From NCBI GenBank assembly GCA_010093605.1, contig MU004183.1, positions 992,001-1,056,000 on the forward strand: a stretch of 64,000 nt of DNA, in the 5' to 3' direction. Shown piece by piece: positions 61,565-64,000 of this stretch; position 1 is the first letter of the stretch; each line of letters opens with the position of its first letter. The notes below the pieces were generated by a model that saw only the letters and a program-made list of their open reading frames with translations, was not told the origin of the DNA and did not search any database. The stretch comes from Lophium mytilinum (taxonomy: Eukaryota). Both the position numbers and the translations under genes were made by a program.

Positions 61565-62793
61565 TCACTTCCAAAGCTTCGCCAAACTCGTAGCCTTATC
61601 ATCGTGCTTGTTGAGCACCTTGGCGGTTGCCAGGTCGAAGTCCTCTTGCGTGACATGTACTCGCCTCTCTCTCAGCGCGAACATACCCGCCTCCGTACAC
61701 ACACCCTTCAGTTCTGCGCCGGAGCAGCCGTTCATCTTCTCCGCGATCTTGTTGAGATTGATGCCACGGGTCAAATTCATGCTGCGCGAATGGATCCTCA
61801 GGATGTCGGCACGAGCCTCGACGGTTGGTGGCGGGAACTCGATCTTCCTGTCGATACGCCCGGGTCTCAGCAACGCGGGATCTAGGATATCCAGACGATT
61901 CGTGGCCATGATGATCTTGATGTTTTTGGTGGGTTCGAAGCCGTCCAGCTGATTGAGAAGCTCCAGCATAGTCCGCTGCACCTCCGAGTCTCCGCCCGAG
62001 CTGCCCTCCACACGACTCGACCCGATACTGTCGATCTCGTCCATGAAGATGATGCTGGGCGCGTGTTCTCGGGCCATGACGAAGAGTTCTCGCACCATAC
62101 GGCTTCCTTCACCGATGTATTTCTGTACGAGTTCGCTGCCGCTGACTCGGATGAACTTGCAGTCGGCGTGATGCGCCACTGCTCGAGCCAGCAGTGTCTT
62201 TCCCGTTCCTGGAGGACCGTATAGCAGCACACCCTTTGGTTGCGCTATACCGAGCGATTCGAACAGCTCCGGATGTTGCAAGCCAAGCTCGATGACCTCC
62301 TTGATTTCCTTGATCTGCTGGTCCAGACCTCCGATCATGTCGTATGTGCTGTCGGGCACCTTCTCCACCATCATCAACGATACGAGGGGATCGACGGAGG
62401 ATGGTAGCATCTTCTCGAGCTTGTAGGAGTCGCTGAGCAGGGTGACTCGCTTGCCGACGGTGAGTTTGCTTATGTCCACGTTGTCGGATATGTCAACCAC
62501 TGCGAAAACACTGTCAGAGCTGTCTCGGGCATCAAGAAAAGCAAGAAGAAAGACGCACCGTATTTTCCCTCGGGATGCACTTTCACCAGGACCTTCTTCG
62601 TGCCCATCACCTTGACCACCTCACCAACGTACGAGCCAGGCTGCTGCAATAGGCCCAACTCCTCTCGTAGTAACCGCACGCGCGAGTTGTAATCGTTCCG
62701 TTGGGCTTCCAGTCGGCGGAGTACAGCTTGGCCTTGGATGATCTCGAGCTTCATGCTCTCGATCTTGTTGTGGAAGAAGGTGTCGAGCGCCAT
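61565..62793 (-). CDS. RPT6: 26S proteasome AAA-ATPase Rpt6
   Basis: [44 protein letters not shown]-terminal KLWK; intron 62500-62558. Confidence 0.97.
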
Positions 62794-63499
62794 GGTGGTG
62801 GATGGCGGAGGGCGAAACGGGTTATATTTCGGGAGTGAGCGAGGTGGGAAGTATGGAACCGGTAGTAGAGAGGAAGCTAAAAGCGCAGGAGCCACAAGGC
62901 AGAGCGCAGAGTGAAATTAGATGGTTCGAATGTCGTGGTGATGGCGGTGATGGCGATGCGTCTTGCTTGGTGTTGAGCGCGGTCCGCTCGAGCTGTTGAC
63001 GGCTATACTCCGGCTTCTTCCGTCATCCAGCCCTTGCTCTAACAGGCATAAAGCAGCTGCATCCACAACACCCCGTGGGGAATGCAGGCCTATGAGAGAA
63101 TATGTAGTAAATATGTTAGGTAGTAGGTGTACAAGTCTGCCCCGCCATCACGCGCTGTTTCCGCCGTGTGAATTCAGTGATTGTGCGATTATGCAGTCGC
63201 CAGCGCACGTGTCCACTTCCCGGGGAGCCGGCCGTGCACATGCTCCAACCTCCACGCCTGTTTCTAGGTGGTGATCATCCTCATCTGCCCAGACTGCTTC
63301 CCTCCGCAGAAAGTCCCCACATCGGACTTTTCGAGTGACGGCCTGCCTGATATGCCCTCATTCTCCTCTCCTCTGCCCCTCCCGCGCGGCTATTCCATGG
63401 TGTAGCCTTTACCACAGCAAACACCTTGATAAGCTCCCACGTAGCTAGCTAGCATCACAGCCAAGACACCAACAAGCTCACGCGCGTCTTTTCGGCACC

Positions 63500-64000
63500 A
63501 TGGTTGACGGCAACCGCCCCGGCACTGGTGGTGCAGAGGAAGCTTCGTCTTCAGATCCGGCAAAGAGGAGTTCTAGGAGGAGCTCTCAGTCTTCGAACGA
63601 TGGCAACACCGCCAGCTCGGGCGCACAATATTCCAACCTCACCTCGAGCGCAGACTCGATACGAAGGCGGCCGCAAGGTATACAGACGCAGCCCACAGGC
63701 TATGGTCAGACTCCTTCAGCCTTCCTTTTTCTCAGCGACTGACTCCATGACAGGTTCTATAACTTCCCCCATACATCGTCAGCGCGTCGCGTCTCCGGAA
63801 AGACAAGCGAAACCTAAGAAACCAGGCATGGGACGAAGGGCGACTTCGACACATATTCCTCATAAGGGCCAGGAGTTCTCAGTGGACGATGCCGAGTACG
63901 AAATTGTCGAAGACGATCCACCACTACAAAGGGCCGCGAAGAACCCTACGCTAAGAAGACAGCCATCCACACTGAGACGGAAGACAACCGCGCAACCTCC
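63500..64000 (+). CDS. 5' part of a gene running off the window (disordered N-terminus)
   Basis: ACCATGG start; intron 63705-63753; frame open to the window end (...PHKGQEFSVDDAEYEIVED...). Confidence 0.7.

Noticed and set aside
63309..63332. GAAAGTCCCC resembling the RNase MRP conserved region I
   Set aside because: No partner CR-V element found; it pairs locally with GGACTTT

Overview
Eukaryotic, intron-containing DNA from a filamentous ascomycete. Gene content and splice signals suggest a Dothideomycete (inference). About 30 protein-coding genes can be supported. Most are core genes: aldo-keto reductase, HAD-IIA hydrolase, DEF1, GH18 chitinase, GH17 glucanase, J-domain protein, HNT1, EFM5, LACTB2-like MBL, LON-RING ligase, Rictor/AVO3, uricase, uL13m, CCS1, NoxR, TOM6, RTF2 and RPT6. 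Two RNA genes absent from the ORF track were found: U5 snRNA and an intron-containing tRNA-Ser(UGA). An accessory-looking island (~11.3-18.9 kb) carries a 16-bp minisatellite, a frameshifted HET gene, a small bacterial-like gene, an unexplained six-unit degenerate repeat array, and an F-box gene with a duplicated C-terminus. The best candidates for novelty are: (1) the 15.5-16.5 kb array, which has an ungapped 60-nt core, one conserved peptide frame and a possible conserved RNA fold; (2) a chitinase that appears to have switchable N-termini (signal peptide vs signal anchor); (3) an orphan protein with 17-aa beta-solenoid, bactofilin-like repeats; (4) chained AUGA-overlapping uORFs on Rictor; (5) a splice-dependent CaaX box on the LON-RING protein. 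Exon boundaries were read by eye and no database searches were run.
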